64,000 nucleotides of DNA from Pelagomonas calceolata (GCA_918797485.1 CAKKNE010000003.1:868001-932000); one strand, 5' to 3'. Shown: positions 49,631-60,578, counted from the first letter of the stretch. Notes: generated from the sequence alone by a model not told the origin. A program made the numbers and translations.

Positions 49631-52600
49631 TTACCCGCCCTCGGCGTCGGATGCGACGTATCCACCATCAGCACCTTCTTCCGCGCCCTCCTCCCGTTCC
49701 GCGTACGTCACTTCGCCGCCTTCTTCAGTACTACCGACGGTGATGCCCGCCGCGCCGAGCTGCGGGTGCGCCGCGGGATTCGCGGCGATGGGATCGGTCC
49801 AAGCGACGTAATCATTGAGAGGCATCTCGCGCACCTCCGGCAACACCTCCCAAGACTCGACCAAAGACAGAACATCCTCAATATAAACGATACCGGTCTG
49901 GTCCTCGTCCAACGGACCCTGAGGGGCCAAAAAGGCATCTTCAAAAAAGTAGCGCGTCTTCTGCTGCCACTGTCCGGGTAACTTATCCGTATGTAAAGCC
50001 GCGTTCGCAAGAATGTGCACTAATGCATCCCTAGTAACCCACTTCTTCTGAGGAGGCTCGCCCTCGGCCATCGGTTCTCCGAGCGTCGCAGACTTGAACT
50101 CGTCCCAGGTCAGCTTCGAGTCGCCGTCCTCGTCCATCAGTCGGACCGCTTGCAAGATGTTGTCGGACGAATCAGCTCCAATGATGTCGGCGAACTCCTC
50201 GTCATCCCCCAACGCCCGTACGGCCTCCGCGATACTAATTTCTCCAGTACCGTCCGCGTCGACTCTCTCAAAAATTGATTTGAGGTACTCCTCGAGCGCC
50301 AGGAAGTTGGCGTCCGCGGGCGCCGGCGCCGGTGCTGGGGGCTCCTCCGGTTCTCTAAAGTTCCACCTCAGGACAATCTCCTTCGGCTCTGGTTCCTCCT
50401 CGTCCTCGTCCTCCTCAGCTGGTTCAGAGGCCTTCGAGGAGCGGCTGGCCCGGGACGCGGGGCGTTCTGCCTCCTCCTCCGGTGCTTCCTCAACCTCAAA
50501 AGGTAGCGTTAACGAACCTCCTTCGAACACGAGCGGCTGCGTTATTGTAGATAACACAGGCGCCTCAACCACGACGGGTTCCTCGCCTTCAGTAGCCTCC
50601 GGAGCCTCAGGCTTCTCCCCCAGCAGCTCCAGTCTGACCGAGATCAGATCTTGGGCAGCGGTCTGGATTTTGTAGGACGCGACCATGGCTTTCGAGCCAC
50701 ACTCAATCTCGTAGGGCTCGTAGTAGTACCTATCTCCTTCTGGTACCACTAACCCATCCCGTAATAAAGTGACGCGCACATGAGCAGCCCCTGAACAAGA
50801 GTCGACCCAGAGTTTCAGGGAAGGACCAGGAGGTAGTAAAGGCAGTCCATCCAACCCATAGCCGGGCGGCGGCGGGATGTCCTGCTGACTACACGCTAAG
50901 TACGCATCCTCGAGCTGCGCCCGCAAAAACTTCTTCTGGGCCGTCGAGAAACGATCTTCCGGTAGATCCGGAGGCACGGGCAATGGAGGCGGCTCCGGCA
51001 GGTTCTCGCAGTACTCGGGGTGTTGTACCAATTGAGCCGCTTGCGGGTGCGTTCTCCAATACAGCGTGTCTTGGAGCGGGATTATTTTCGTGTTCTCATC
51101 CACGACTAAAACTATACCTAAAACCTCCCACGTGTCTTCTATCGGTCGTTCCTCCTCGATGTGTTGCCGGATCAACTCCACCAGACCTTCATTGACAGTG
51201 AGTTCAGCCTCTATCCTCTGAGCAGTCCAATCTTTTAACTCCTGTAGAATTTGGTCCCTCCTCTTCGCCAGGGCTTGCCTATCTCTCCTACATGAATCTT
51301 CGATGCGTTTACACCTCGCCAGTAACAGTTCAGCCTGCTGCCAGAGGGCCTCCCTCAGTCCAGGCTGTCCACTGGGATCCTTACCTGCGCTGTCAGGAGC
51401 CGCAAACGACAGGGCCCACGTCCTCGCCCTTTCTAGCGCCGGTCCGAGACAGTCCTCCGCTTCTGTTAATTCATCATTCATATTTTCATGAGTGATCTCG
51501 GGCGGGGGCTCTGTCTCTTCCTCAGGTTCCTCTTCGGGCTCAGTCTGCTCAACAAACGGGTCTCCAAATAGTGATTCGAGGATGTTCGGCGGCAGGGCGT
51601 CCTCGGAAGCCTCCAGCGCCTTATTCCCTTCCTCGTCTTCAACGAAGTCGGCCGTGCGCTTCGCGAGCGCGCCGCAGCCGTCGTTCAATTTTTGTCGTTC
51701 GGCCGGCTCGTCGTCCTCCCCTTCTGGAGAGAACTCCCCGACGGGATAGGACGCCGCGTAGTAGTCCTTCAGTAGACACAATGACGCGTGCGTCCGGTCG
51801 ACCTCGCACTGCGCCAAACAGGCATAAGACTTACTGAGACAAGCCTGTCTGCTTTGCAGGGACCCATCTAATCTTATTTTGGCCCACAGAGACTTCGCTT
51901 GCGTCTCCCGCGCCGCTTGCACTTCATTCAATTTTTCATGTAACTCGACCGCTCTCAAGTGCAATTCCGCCTTGGTCTCGTCCTGCACGCGCATGTCCAT
52001 CGGTATACTGGAGTTGAAATCCTCGACGAACGCTTTGAGGAGGTCCTGGCGGTCGTCGGGCCGCGCCAAATACCGCACGAAGTCCTGGCGCAACACATAA
52101 TGCTGCCTTCGTGTCTGAGCACGCATTTCTCTCAGCGAGCGGAAGGCCTTCTTCGCACCGTCAAAGAACTGCTGCTCCGCGCCGTCCCACATCTCACTCA
52201 GTACGGAACCCGCCTCCTTCGACAGGGGCGTCAGCGCGTCCGGGTCCTCTACTACTGACTCTTCGACAGGTTCCTCGTAAAACGGGCCCTTCTCTTCCAC
52301 GTCTGCGAGCTTGGAAGCGGCCTCCTGGACGGCGGTCTCCGCTTCAGCGACCGCTTCATCAGCAGGCTCCGTCGCCTCCGCCTCCTCGGCCGGCGCGGGT
52401 GCCGCCGCGACCGCTTCCGCCAATACGGCCTCTGCCGCCTCTTTCGCAGCCGTCAAGTCGGCCACTACTTTATTATAAGCCTCGACCTGCGCATCTCTCA
52501 GAGCCTTCTTCTCCTTGGCCGCTGCCGAGCGCACCGAAAGCATCTCGTCCACCACAGGAACTATTTGCCCGAAGGCGCCCTCCTCCGTCAGTCCCGACGC

Positions 52601-55600
52601 CGAAACCTCCCTTAAATTGCCAAACCGCTCCAGGAACTCTGACAACGACTTCCAGTGAGAATCATGCGACTCCAGCTGGAAAGGCAGACTGGCTGTAGGA
52701 TTCTGCGGATCTTCGACTTTCCGCAACCTAGCTTTACAAGGAGCCCCGTAGTCCGGTAAATTAGAATCAAGATGGTATTCGCCCCGCATGGCGCGCTCGT
52801 CCTTGACGGCAGCACCGGCGTATTCGTCAACCGTCGACTCAGCGTCAGGCACCTGGTCGTCTATCCTTCTTCCCAGACACCTCCTGTAGACCTGATCTTG
52901 ATCAACGGGGAGGTGGAACACGAGGTCGACGCCCGATGCAATCTGTGAAGGGCACTCGTCGGGTAGGAACCCGGAGTACTTCGCGACCGGTGGAGGCGCA
53001 ATGGAAGCGAGTTCAGAAGGGTGGTCCCACCTCGTATGGATGATCTTAGCTGAATCATAGCCCGTCAAAGCTTTTTCCAGCGCAGAACACTGCGCCACGG
53101 TCTCAGGATAGTCCTCCAGGACCCAGCCATTGTAGGGCTCTATCACATCAGGTTCATTGAGTACACATGATCTAAATTCGTCCCAACTAATCGTGCCGTC
53201 CCCGTCGGCATCCATGGACCAAATCACGTCCAGGAACGACTCCCTGTCCACTCCCAATATCTCGGCAAAGTCCTCGTCACCCTTCAAAGCTGCTATGCAC
53301 TCGGCAATGGAAATGTCGCCGCCGCCATCGCTGTCGCACCTGTCAAAAACCTCCCGCAAGTATTCTTCGAGGGCTAGGGTGTTGGCGTCTTTTTCCTGGG
53401 CCTTGGCGTTTGCCTCTTCTATTTGTTGATTCTCCTCGGCGATTTCTTTGATGCCCGCCACGATGAGTGCCGCGTATGTTGCTTCATCGCATGCTTGGCC
53501 CTCTTTCAACAATTGCGTAGCTTGCCGGCCCAATGTAGCTAGTTCAGACCCTTGTGCTTTCCCGAGCGTCACGTCCTCCGCGAGTTGCAAAGCTCTCTCT
53601 AGCAACCCACCGGCACTCAGGACCTTCAATCTAAAGCGATCTGCGAGTCTAGAAGCTTGTTCCGACTTGCCCGCAAAAGTTCTGCCGGCCAGACAGATGC
53701 GCAGCGGGAACTCCGGAGGCGCAACAAATGCTTCCTCTTCCGCTTCCTCATGAACCGCCGCGAACCGACAATCTAAAATGGCTTCACCTAGTGAATGTTC
53801 GGCCGTGCGCTTCTCGCCCATCGTAGCTAAGGCTTCCGTTTTTGTGGCCGCGGCCGCGTCCGCCGCTTCCAGCAGTGCCTGCTGCTTGCGCCGCAGGGCC
53901 CCGAAACTATCATCGGCCTCCTCCTCGTCCTCGTCCGTACCCTTCCACCGCTTCGCGGCCCCCGTTAGCTCGCCGGTGATGCCCCTCACTTCGGCCTCGG
54001 CAATCGCAGGAGAAAAGTGGAACGGCGGTGCATTACCGATATAATCTTGGGCGTCCCACGTATCTAACTTATCCGAGACGTCTTGGACTGACTCTTTCTC
54101 CTCCAACTTATCGCCAGCGTCCCACCGCGGCGGTACCGAGGCTCGGTCGTACGTCTCCGGCGCACATAGAGATTGGGTCGTTTGATCGGTGAAGGCCCTT
54201 TCTAAGGGATCCATGTCGTCATCTTCGGTGTACTCAAAGCCGAGCATGGCGCCGTCTATTCTACAGATGACTCGCGCATGGTCCCGGAACGTAGCCGGGT
54301 CACAAGGGTCCCCGTCGTTCTCGAGCAACGAATGCGTCGCCTCGAAGGATTGTTGCTGCTGTTCCGGGACACCGGCTCTCTCTTCATCTCGCAACGAAGC
54401 TATTTCAAGAGCGCCCCGCGCGATGCGATGCACCAAGTGCGAGCACAACTCATGAACGGACTTGTCGGAAGCAGCCGTCGATGCGTCGACGAAGGCCTTC
54501 GCCGTTAAAGCACTACTCTCCACATCTACATTATAAGCGCGGATGTCCTCGTCCAATCGCTCCTGGTCCCTCCGCAAAAAATCCTCGGTGTCCAAGTCTC
54601 GTCGCGTCTTGTATTGGGCCTCCCGGAAAGCTCTACTTTCAGCCATCCTCGCTTTGTGCTTCGCTACTAATGCCAAATGCTCTTCCTGCTTTTTATCAGC
54701 ATCGCAGGTCTTCGTGAGCTGCGCTTGCAAGTGCGCGGCTCGGTGCGCGTGGTACTCCTGGACCTGAGCCGCCTCCCGCTCCGTGACGAAGCGCATCCTT
54801 CGCTGGGACCGTTGGTCTTCCCTGCGTTGTCGTTCAGCTAGAGCGGTTCTCCTATCCGCATCTTGCGCGTCGCGCTCAGCTCGTAACGCGCGAGCATCTA
54901 AGACCACATCTCGCTCCATCTCCTCCGACCCGACACCAATCCCAATGTCCACGACGGCCGCCGTAGCTCGAGCGGATTCCGCTAGAGGATCCCGCCGATC
55001 CACAACATCCCTTACAGCCTTCGGTGCCACTGACACTTCCAGGGCCTTCTGCTCCTGCAAGCGCCGCTCGAAGTTATCTAATTCATTAAAGGCGTAGGTC
55101 GCTTCGCGATGAATGCGCTTTTCGACTCTGGAAACGGCTTTTCTTAACTCTTTTTCCTCGAAAATCTCGTCCCTTTTCTCGTTGTGTTTCCTCTCACGTC
55201 GGTTCGCGGCCCAGTGCTCCAATCCTCTAGCTTCCCAGGCCTGGAGGAAGGCCGCCTCCTGCTGGCGCTCGTAGATTCTTTTGGTGCGCGTGGCTTCGCG
55301 GTGCTGATCTAGCAGTGCGAAGGAGCGTTCCTGCTCGCGCACCCTCTTCTGAGCCTCTCTTTCCGCTAGTTCACCAAATCTAGCTAAAACTTTGCGCTCC
55401 ATCGTGATGTTCGGGTTCTCGGCTTTACTCCTTATTTGAGCCTCGAAGAGCTGCGCTCGTGCTTGATCAAATTGTGCCTTCTTAAGCTTCTTGGGCATGT
55501 TCGGCAGCGGTCGCACGCCGTCCCTACGTTCACGTAGCGACACGGGCTGGGCCTCCTTCGTTAATTTTTCTAGTTGCACTTTCAATTGGTAGAGCACCAT

Positions 55601-55882
55601 GGCTGCGGCGCCGGGTTTCGCGTTCATGATACCAAGAGCGGCATTCGCGTCGAAGCGGACACCGAGTGACGCTAGGGTCGGCTCTAAAACACAAAAATTC
55701 TCGATCCTCGCGTCGGCCGTGTCTCTCCTCCTCAGCCTTTCATGCTCGGCGAGCTGGTTATGTCGATGGAGCAAAGCCCCAAGGATGAAGCCTGAACCTA
55801 GTTCCTCGGCCAGCGTTTCCTCCGTCAAGGGCGGCTCGAGCTGGAGCTCGTCGTTGACCCATTCTACTAGTAAAGAGGTCAT
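49631..55882 (-). CDS. SPEF2: Sperm flagellar protein 2 / CPC1-like central-pair protein
   Basis: N-terminal CH domain (LLVEWVNDEL..GFILGALL..IENF..LEPTL..LGVRFD), coiled coil, adenylate-kinase-like GRTFAGKS...GWVLEDYPET, two EF-hand pairs. Confidence 0.85.
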   Translation of the reverse strand: MTSLLVEWVNDELQLEPPLTEETLAEELGSGFILGALLHRHNQLAEHERLRRRDTADARIENFCVLEPTLASLGVRFDANAALGIMNAKPGAAAMVLYQLKVQLEKLTKEAQPVSLRERRDGVRPLPNMPKKLKKAQFDQARAQLFEAQIRSKAENPNITMERKVLARFGELAEREAQKRVREQERSFALLDQHREATRTKRIYERQQEAAFLQAWEARGLEHWAANRRERKHNEKRDEIFEEKELRKAVSRVEKRIHREATYAFNELDNFERRLQEQKALEVSVAPKAVRDVVDRRDPLAESARATAAVVDIGIGVGSEEMERDVVLDARALRAERDAQDADRRTALAERQRREDQRSQRRMRFVTEREAAQVQEYHAHRAAHLQAQLTKTCDADKKQEEHLALVAKHKARMAESRAFREAQYKTRRDLDTEDFLRRDQERLDEDIRAYNVDVESSALTAKAFVDASTAASDKSVHELCSHLVHRIARGALEIASLRDEERAGVPEQQQQSFEATHSLLENDGDPCDPATFRDHARVICRIDGAMLGFEYTEDDDMDPLERAFTDQTTQSLCAPETYDRASVPPRWDAGDKLEEKESVQDVSDKLDTWDAQDYIGNAPPFHFSPAIAEAEVRGITGELTGAAKRWKGTDEDEEEADDSFGALRRKQQALLEAADAAAATKTEALATMGEKRTAEHSLGEAILDCRFAAVHEEAEEEAFVAPPEFPLRICLAGRTFAGKSEQASRLADRFRLKVLSAGGLLERALQLAEDVTLGKAQGSELATLGRQATQLLKEGQACDEATYAALIVAGIKEIAEENQQIEEANAKAQEKDANTLALEEYLREVFDRCDSDGGGDISIAECIAALKGDEDFAEILGVDRESFLDVIWSMDADGDGTISWDEFRSCVLNEPDVIEPYNGWVLEDYPETVAQCSALEKALTGYDSAKIIHTRWDHPSELASIAPPPVAKYSGFLPDECPSQIASGVDLVFHLPVDQDQVYRRCLGRRIDDQVPDAESTVDEYAGAAVKDERAMRGEYHLDSNLPDYGAPCKARLRKVEDPQNPTASLPFQLESHDSHWKSLSEFLERFGNLREVSASGLTEEGAFGQIVPVVDEMLSVRSAAAKEKKALRDAQVEAYNKVVADLTAAKEAAEAVLAEAVAAAPAPAEEAEATEPADEAVAEAETAVQEAASKLADVEEKGPFYEEPVEESVVEDPDALTPLSKEAGSVLSEMWDGAEQQFFDGAKKAFRSLREMRAQTRRQHYVLRQDFVRYLARPDDRQDLLKAFVEDFNSSIPMDMRVQDETKAELHLRAVELHEKLNEVQAARETQAKSLWAKIRLDGSLQSRQACLSKSYACLAQCEVDRTHASLCLLKDYYAASYPVGEFSPEGEDDEPAERQKLNDGCGALAKRTADFVEDEEGNKALEASEDALPPNILESLFGDPFVEQTEPEEEPEEETEPPPEITHENMNDELTEAEDCLGPALERARTWALSFAAPDSAGKDPSGQPGLREALWQQAELLLARCKRIEDSCRRDRQALAKRRDQILQELKDWTAQRIEAELTVNEGLVELIRQHIEEERPIEDTWEVLGIVLVVDENTKIIPLQDTLYWRTHPQAAQLVQHPEYCENLPEPPPLPVPPDLPEDRFSTAQKKFLRAQLEDAYLACSQQDIPPPPGYGLDGLPLLPPGPSLKLWVDSCSGAAHVRVTLLRDGLVVPEGDRYYYEPYEIECGSKAMVASYKIQTAAQDLISVRLELLGEKPEAPEATEGEEPVVVEAPVLSTITQPLVFEGGSLTLPFEVEEAPEEEAERPASRASRSSKASEPAEEDEDEEEPEPKEIVLRWNFREPEEPPAPAPAPADANFLALEEYLKSIFERVDADGTGEISIAEAVRALGDDEEFADIIGADSSDNILQAVRLMDEDGDSKLTWDEFKSATLGEPMAEGEPPQKKWVTRDALVHILANAALHTDKLPGQWQQKTRYFFEDAFLAPQGPLDEDQTGIVYIEDVLSLVESWEVLPEVREMPLNDYVAWTDPIAANPAAHPQLGAAGITVGSTEEGGEVTYAEREEGAEEGADGGYVASDAEGG

Positions 55883-56423
55883 CTTGGGCTGCCCCCAACA
55901 GGGCTCTATGCCAGTGCCTCTGCCGCGAGCGAGCGCTGCGCCCGTGGGGCCTTCTCTTCTGTGGATCAATACAAAGCCTCTCGGCCCCCGCGGGCAGCCA
56001 GATACCCCGGTATAGCGCCTTTGCGCGTACGGCGCTTTGCTTTTAGCGCATGGGGAGTTACGTCCTAGTGGCGCATACCCGCACGTCCGGAGGCGCGCAT
56101 TCGTCGCTTCGAGGCCGTTCTCGCGACGGCTCGGCGCGGTATGTATCTTTTCGGAGCTGTGATCTCGGCCTCGAGGCTGGCTGCACACAAAGGCGGGCGA
56201 GGTGCTGCTTTTGAGGACGCGCATAGCCTCAAACGCTCGCGGAACACGCGCGTGCAGCGCTTCGATAGCTGCGAGTGCGGCTGCAACGCGCAGCGAGACC
56301 TTACCACTCTCAGATCAGCTGTGCACCGTGCAGCAGTGTGCAGCAGTGAGCAGCGCTTGCAGCTCGGCGCGCGTTGCTACACAGAGCAGTGGGCCGTGCA
56401 GTGCACGCCAGTCGCCGCACAGC

Positions 56424-57182
56424 ATGTCGGCCGCAGCCTTGGAGGAGCTGGCCGAGAAGGCCGAAGCATTGGCAGGCCGCGTGAGCAGCCGCGCGAATAA
56501 AGCTAGTGATGAATTTGAGGAAGACGAGGAAGAAGACGACGCGTCGTACTTCAAGATGAAGCAGGAGCTGCTGACGACGTACTGCGGCATGCTCTCGTAC
56601 TACTTGTGTCGGAAGGCTAGAGGGGAATCAATCGAGAACCATCCCGTGGTCCGGAGGCTCTACGAGCTCCGCCTCACGTTCGAGAAGCTCCGGTTGTTAG
56701 ATGCCAAACTGCGGCACCAGCTCGACAAGGTGCTTGCTAGAGCCGACGCGGCTGACGTCGCGCCGGTCGCGAATCTGGAATCCGTTGAAATTGACAAGGA
56801 GGAGGGGACCTATAAGGCGCCGCGGTCGACGGTGGCGTACCAGGAGCAGGACGAGGCCTCGTCGGACGACGACGACGACGACGACGAGGCGCCGCGGGCG
56901 CCGGTCAAGGAACGCCAGGAGCGGTCTACAAGGGCAAGACGCGCGGAGATCGACTTCTTGTTAAAGGAGCGGTCCGACGCGCCCGTCGAGATCGGCTCCG
57001 GCGGCCACGACGAGTCTTTGGGTACTGGGCAGCGCGCGGCCCGCAGGGAGCGGCGGCGGAAGGAGCAGCGGGAGCAGGAGGCCTACGAGGAGGACGCCTT
57101 CCGGCGGATCGACACGAACAAGAAGAAGAAGAAGCGGCGGAAGACGGCGGACTTCGCTAGTTCGCTCGACGACTTGATCTAA
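56424..57182 (+). CDS. NGDN: Neuroguidin/LCP5-like (Sas10/Utp3/C1D family)
   Basis: SYFKMKQELLTTYC...HPVVRRLYELRLTFEKLRLLDAKLRHQLDK, GTYKAPR, YEEDAFRR. Confidence 0.8.
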   Translation: MSAAALEELAEKAEALAGRVSSRANKASDEFEEDEEEDDASYFKMKQELLTTYCGMLSYYLCRKARGESIENHPVVRRLYELRLTFEKLRLLDAKLRHQLDKVLARADAADVAPVANLESVEIDKEEGTYKAPRSTVAYQEQDEASSDDDDDDDEAPRAPVKERQERSTRARRAEIDFLLKERSDAPVEIGSGGHDESLGTGQRAARRERRRKEQREQEAYEEDAFRRIDTNKKKKKRRKTADFASSLDDLI

Positions 57183-57564
57183 GGAGCGTGTGTGTTGCAC
57201 TTGTGAGGGTCGTGGGGGGTCGCGTCGATGGCGTGTGCACTCGCCCCGACGCCGTCGCCGCCTGTCGCCGGCTCTAGTCGCCGGCGACTAGTCGCTGGCG
57301 ACGCGCCGCCGCCGTTCGCGCTGCGCCACGAGGGGGAATCGCGCTGCGCGCCCGGCTTAAGGGTGAGGGCAGTGTCATCAAACGGCTCTTGAGCTCGCCA
57401 TCCTTCGAGGGCGTCTGGCGAGTTGCTACTAGCAAAAAGCGCACCTGGCTGCTACGTTGCGCCGCCAATAGAGCTCGCCTCAACTCGAGCGCAGGGCAAG
57501 CAGAATACCCGCGGCGGCTTTCAATCGATCAGTCCTCGCCGCCGTTGCAACGAGACGCGCCACG

Positions 57565-58101
57565 ATGCCGCGTGGGAGGAGAGCAGCCCTCTTGCTGGCA
57601 GCAGCAAGCCCAGCAAGGGCTCTGCTGGCGCCGCAGACTGTGACGAGGACGCAGACACGACGAAACCTCGCGACGACGCCCGACGAGATCTCGCACGCCG
57701 CCCATTACAACGCCTACGACTACAACGCGGAGTCGCAGGGCGCCAGCGAGGACGACTGGCGGTCGATGGCAACAGCGGCGGGCGCCATCGACGAAGACCC
57801 GGCCGAAAAGTGGGCGGGCCTCTTCACGCCGTGGGACGCTTCGCAAGAAACAGCAGCAGAAGACACGAGCCTAGAGAAAATCTACGCTGTGCAGCGCGAT
57901 CCGGTCAACCTGCCGCCGCTCCCGCAGGAGAACTGGGGCGGGATGTTCTCGCCGTGGGAAGCCGATGACACCTCGCTCAATAAGATCTACGCCGTGCAGA
58001 GCGACCCGGTCGCGCAAGTCGTCCCGCACTACGAGGTGGGCTTTGAGCCCGAGGAGGTGCCGCAGGCGGGCGTCGCGCCGTGGAACGCTATTCAAGCATA
58101 A
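57565..58101 (+). CDS. Putative plastid-targeted protein with internal repeat, unknown function
   Basis: Signal ARA|LLAP; two copies of W.G.F.PW.A..DTSL.KIYAVQ.DPV. Confidence 0.65.
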   Translation: MPRGRRAALLLAAASPARALLAPQTVTRTQTRRNLATTPDEISHAAHYNAYDYNAESQGASEDDWRSMATAAGAIDEDPAEKWAGLFTPWDASQETAAEDTSLEKIYAVQRDPVNLPPLPQENWGGMFSPWEADDTSLNKIYAVQSDPVAQVVPHYEVGFEPEEVPQAGVAPWNAIQA

Positions 58102-58298
58102 GGCTAGTTATGTGTTTTTTTCGTGCGCGGGCGGATTTGCTGTTACGGTGCTAGGACTAGTGGGCGGCGGCGCCCTTGCCCAGGTTGGGGGGAGACACCG
58201 CGCGTCGTCGATTCGTCGGCGGCGGGGGCGTGCCGCGTATTTCATAACCTCATACCTCTCCTCAGGCTCAGGCTCAGGCAGGTGTCCGTACCCATCCT

Positions 58299-58322
58299 GC
58301 TAGTGTGTCTGTAGACGCTATC
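58299..58322 (+). promoter_or_regulatory. CTAG bipartite upstream motif variant (gctagtgtgtctgtagacgctatc)
   Basis: About 180 bp upstream of ATG 58502. Confidence 0.55.
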
Positions 58323-58501
58323 GGATTATCGAGTGCTCCAGCGAGCTTGGCATTGTGCTGTAGACAGCCACACGCAGCAGCTGCCATCAAGCGTCACGAC
58401 TCTACAGTGACCACCAACCCTCAAGGACCGTGAGAGGATCTCTTTTAGCAAGCTGCCGCGGCGAGCCTAGCACTTGCACATAGCTCTTTGGCACACACAC
58501 G

Positions 58502-59458
58502 ATGGCGTTGGCTCGGCGGAGGCAATGCCAGGCGCTGGTCGCCACTCTCCTGAGCGCGCAAGCGCTCCAGGCGCCGACTGTCTCGAGGCCAAGGCGGCAT
58601 ATTAGCATGAGCGCGGCCGCCGGCGTCGTCAAGGCGGCGCCCCAGGTCATCACGATTGATCCGATTGGCACGTTAGTCCGAAGAGCAGGACCGGAAGGCT
58701 TACTGTACCGAGACGCGCTACTCGCCGCGACGGGCCTCATGCTCCCGCGACCCGACATTTTTCAGGGCGTCTACGAGCAAGCCTACGCGGCCGCCGGGCC
58801 GCGCTTCGGCACGAATTCCGAGGGCGCCGAGGCCTGGTGGAAGAAGGTCACCAAGGCGACGTATGATGGTGTGCTCACCGCCGAGCCGGTCGTCTACGAC
58901 GCCGACGAGCTCGCTCTATACGAATCTGCCTTCGACGACATCTTTAGGAGCTTACACGACGACCTCACCCTGAGTGATGAGGCCTGGGTCGTCGACCCGG
59001 ACGCGCCCCGATTGTTGAGTGCCCTGAGGCAGTGGCGCGACTACGGCGGGCCCCGCATAGTAGCGGCCACAGATCATTTTGATGATCGACTGGAGCAGCT
59101 CCTCGCCAATTTATTAGGCGGGGACTGCGTCGCCGCGACTTTTGATCATGTCGTGACGGGGACCGGGCAGGCCTCGTGCTTCGACATCACAACCTCAACA
59201 ATGGATGTCCAGGATGCGGCCTGCAAGCACGTCGCCGTCGCCGACGACGGGCGCTGCCCCTACGACACGTTGGTGGTGGACCCGCGCGACTACGAGAACG
59301 AGCGTAGCGACGACGCGCGCGGGTCGCTCCTAGATTTATTGGACGACTGGGGTCTGGAGCGGGCCGAGGGCGACGACGTCGTGGTGACGTCGCGGACGTA
59401 CTCCGTCTACGACGCGGAGTACCCGGGCTTCGACGGGGAGAACATGGAGCAGGCGTGA
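58502..59458 (+). CDS. HAD-like hydrolase (HDHD3/REG-2-like), putative plastid
   Basis: VITIDPIGTL, PRFG...WW..V, W.V.P, FDDRL..LL, HV..D; bipartite presequence. Confidence 0.7.
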   Translation: MALARRRQCQALVATLLSAQALQAPTVSRPRRHISMSAAAGVVKAAPQVITIDPIGTLVRRAGPEGLLYRDALLAATGLMLPRPDIFQGVYEQAYAAAGPRFGTNSEGAEAWWKKVTKATYDGVLTAEPVVYDADELALYESAFDDIFRSLHDDLTLSDEAWVVDPDAPRLLSALRQWRDYGGPRIVAATDHFDDRLEQLLANLLGGDCVAATFDHVVTGTGQASCFDITTSTMDVQDAACKHVAVADDGRCPYDTLVVDPRDYENERSDDARGSLLDLLDDWGLERAEGDDVVVTSRTYSVYDAEYPGFDGENMEQA

Positions 59459-59580
59459 GCTGGTCCTTTCCTAAGACGTATATCTAGCTACTACTAGGTC
59501 GGGTCGATCGTTACGGTGCTAGGACTAGTCGGGGCCCCTGCCCAGGGCTGATTCATCGGCGGCGGGCGCGGGCGCTTCTT

Positions 59581-60190
59581 CTAGGGCTCACAGAGCGCAC
59601 ACGCGCTGTTCCCGTAGCACCGGTGGCGCGCGTTGCAGAAGATGCCCTTCCCCGGTTTGCACGTCCCCTTGCCCGCGCGGACGGACTCGTCGAGCTCGAT
59701 ACATGTCGGGTTTTGACGCAGCGCCGCCCTTTTCTCTAGCGCGGCGGCCACCGCCGCTCGTGACGCCGCCGCCGCCCGCTCGGCGCCCGCAAGGCGTCCC
59801 TTCGCCTTCGCCGCCACGGCCGCGAGGTGGTTCAGGTCGATCGTCCAGGGGTCGGGAGAGAACCGCCCCTGGATCCTGATCTTTCCGTTGCTTTCTAACA
59901 GATGCTTGAAACGCGGGAAACGCGTGTGCCCCGTAACGTTAACGTTGTACGTTGACGGGTGGAGCGGCCTGACAGTCCGCATGCGTCGCGACGATGGCCG
60001 CCGGCTGCTGGCGCACGCCCGCCGCCAGCAACGGGCCGATGGCTTCGAGCTGATGAGCCAAATTCTTTTGGTAGCGGCCGCCGGTTGAGAGCCGGAGTTC
60101 GAAGCAGAGGCCCGGCGTCACGGCGGTCACGCGTCCTCGGGCCGCCGTGATCGCGGTGCCGAGGATCACGAGTTTGAGCAGAGGTCTCAT
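59581..60190 (-). CDS. Putative secreted protein; probable intron near 59969-60032
   Basis: Signal-peptide ORF at 60190 and a Cys-rich ORF ending 59581 join in frame through a 64-nt GT..CAG interval containing gccatcgtcgcgacg. Confidence 0.4.
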
Positions 60191-60422
60191 GCTTTTTGAA
60201 ACTCAGATGGGAGCCAGTCTACGAGCGACGGTCCTGGAGGAGGCGCGTAAAATCACCGCGGCGTCACAGGGCAATTTAACCCCAATTGCAGCTTTTGGGA
60301 ATTCACTCTCGTGACGCCAAAACTCATGCCCGTCGTTATGCGCGGGGACTCAAAGGCTACTCTGGGAATCCACCAGCCGAGCCTGCTCCCCGACACGACA
60401 TACACAAGTGGAAAAAAGCCGG

Positions 60423-60445
60423 GCTAGCGTGCGTAAGACACTAGC
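60423..60445 (-). promoter_or_regulatory. CTAG bipartite upstream motif (gctagcgtgcgtaagacactagc)
   Basis: Between divergent starts 60190 and 60579. Confidence 0.7.
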
Positions 60446-60578
60446 AAAATGGAGTCGAGCTGAGAATCGCGCTCTGCTCGTGCACAAATGCCGAAAACGG
60501 TACGCAGGGGCCATTAGTATTGATCGTTTCCAAAGGGCGCCCGACGCAAGCACTTGGTAAGTAAGGGCAGCACCTAAC

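Noticed and set aside
57274..57291. 18-bp palindrome CTAGTCGCCGGCGACTAG
   Set aside because: Embedded in local gtcgccggc repeats and lacks the GTGTCTTA core; at most a distant variant of the CTAG element.
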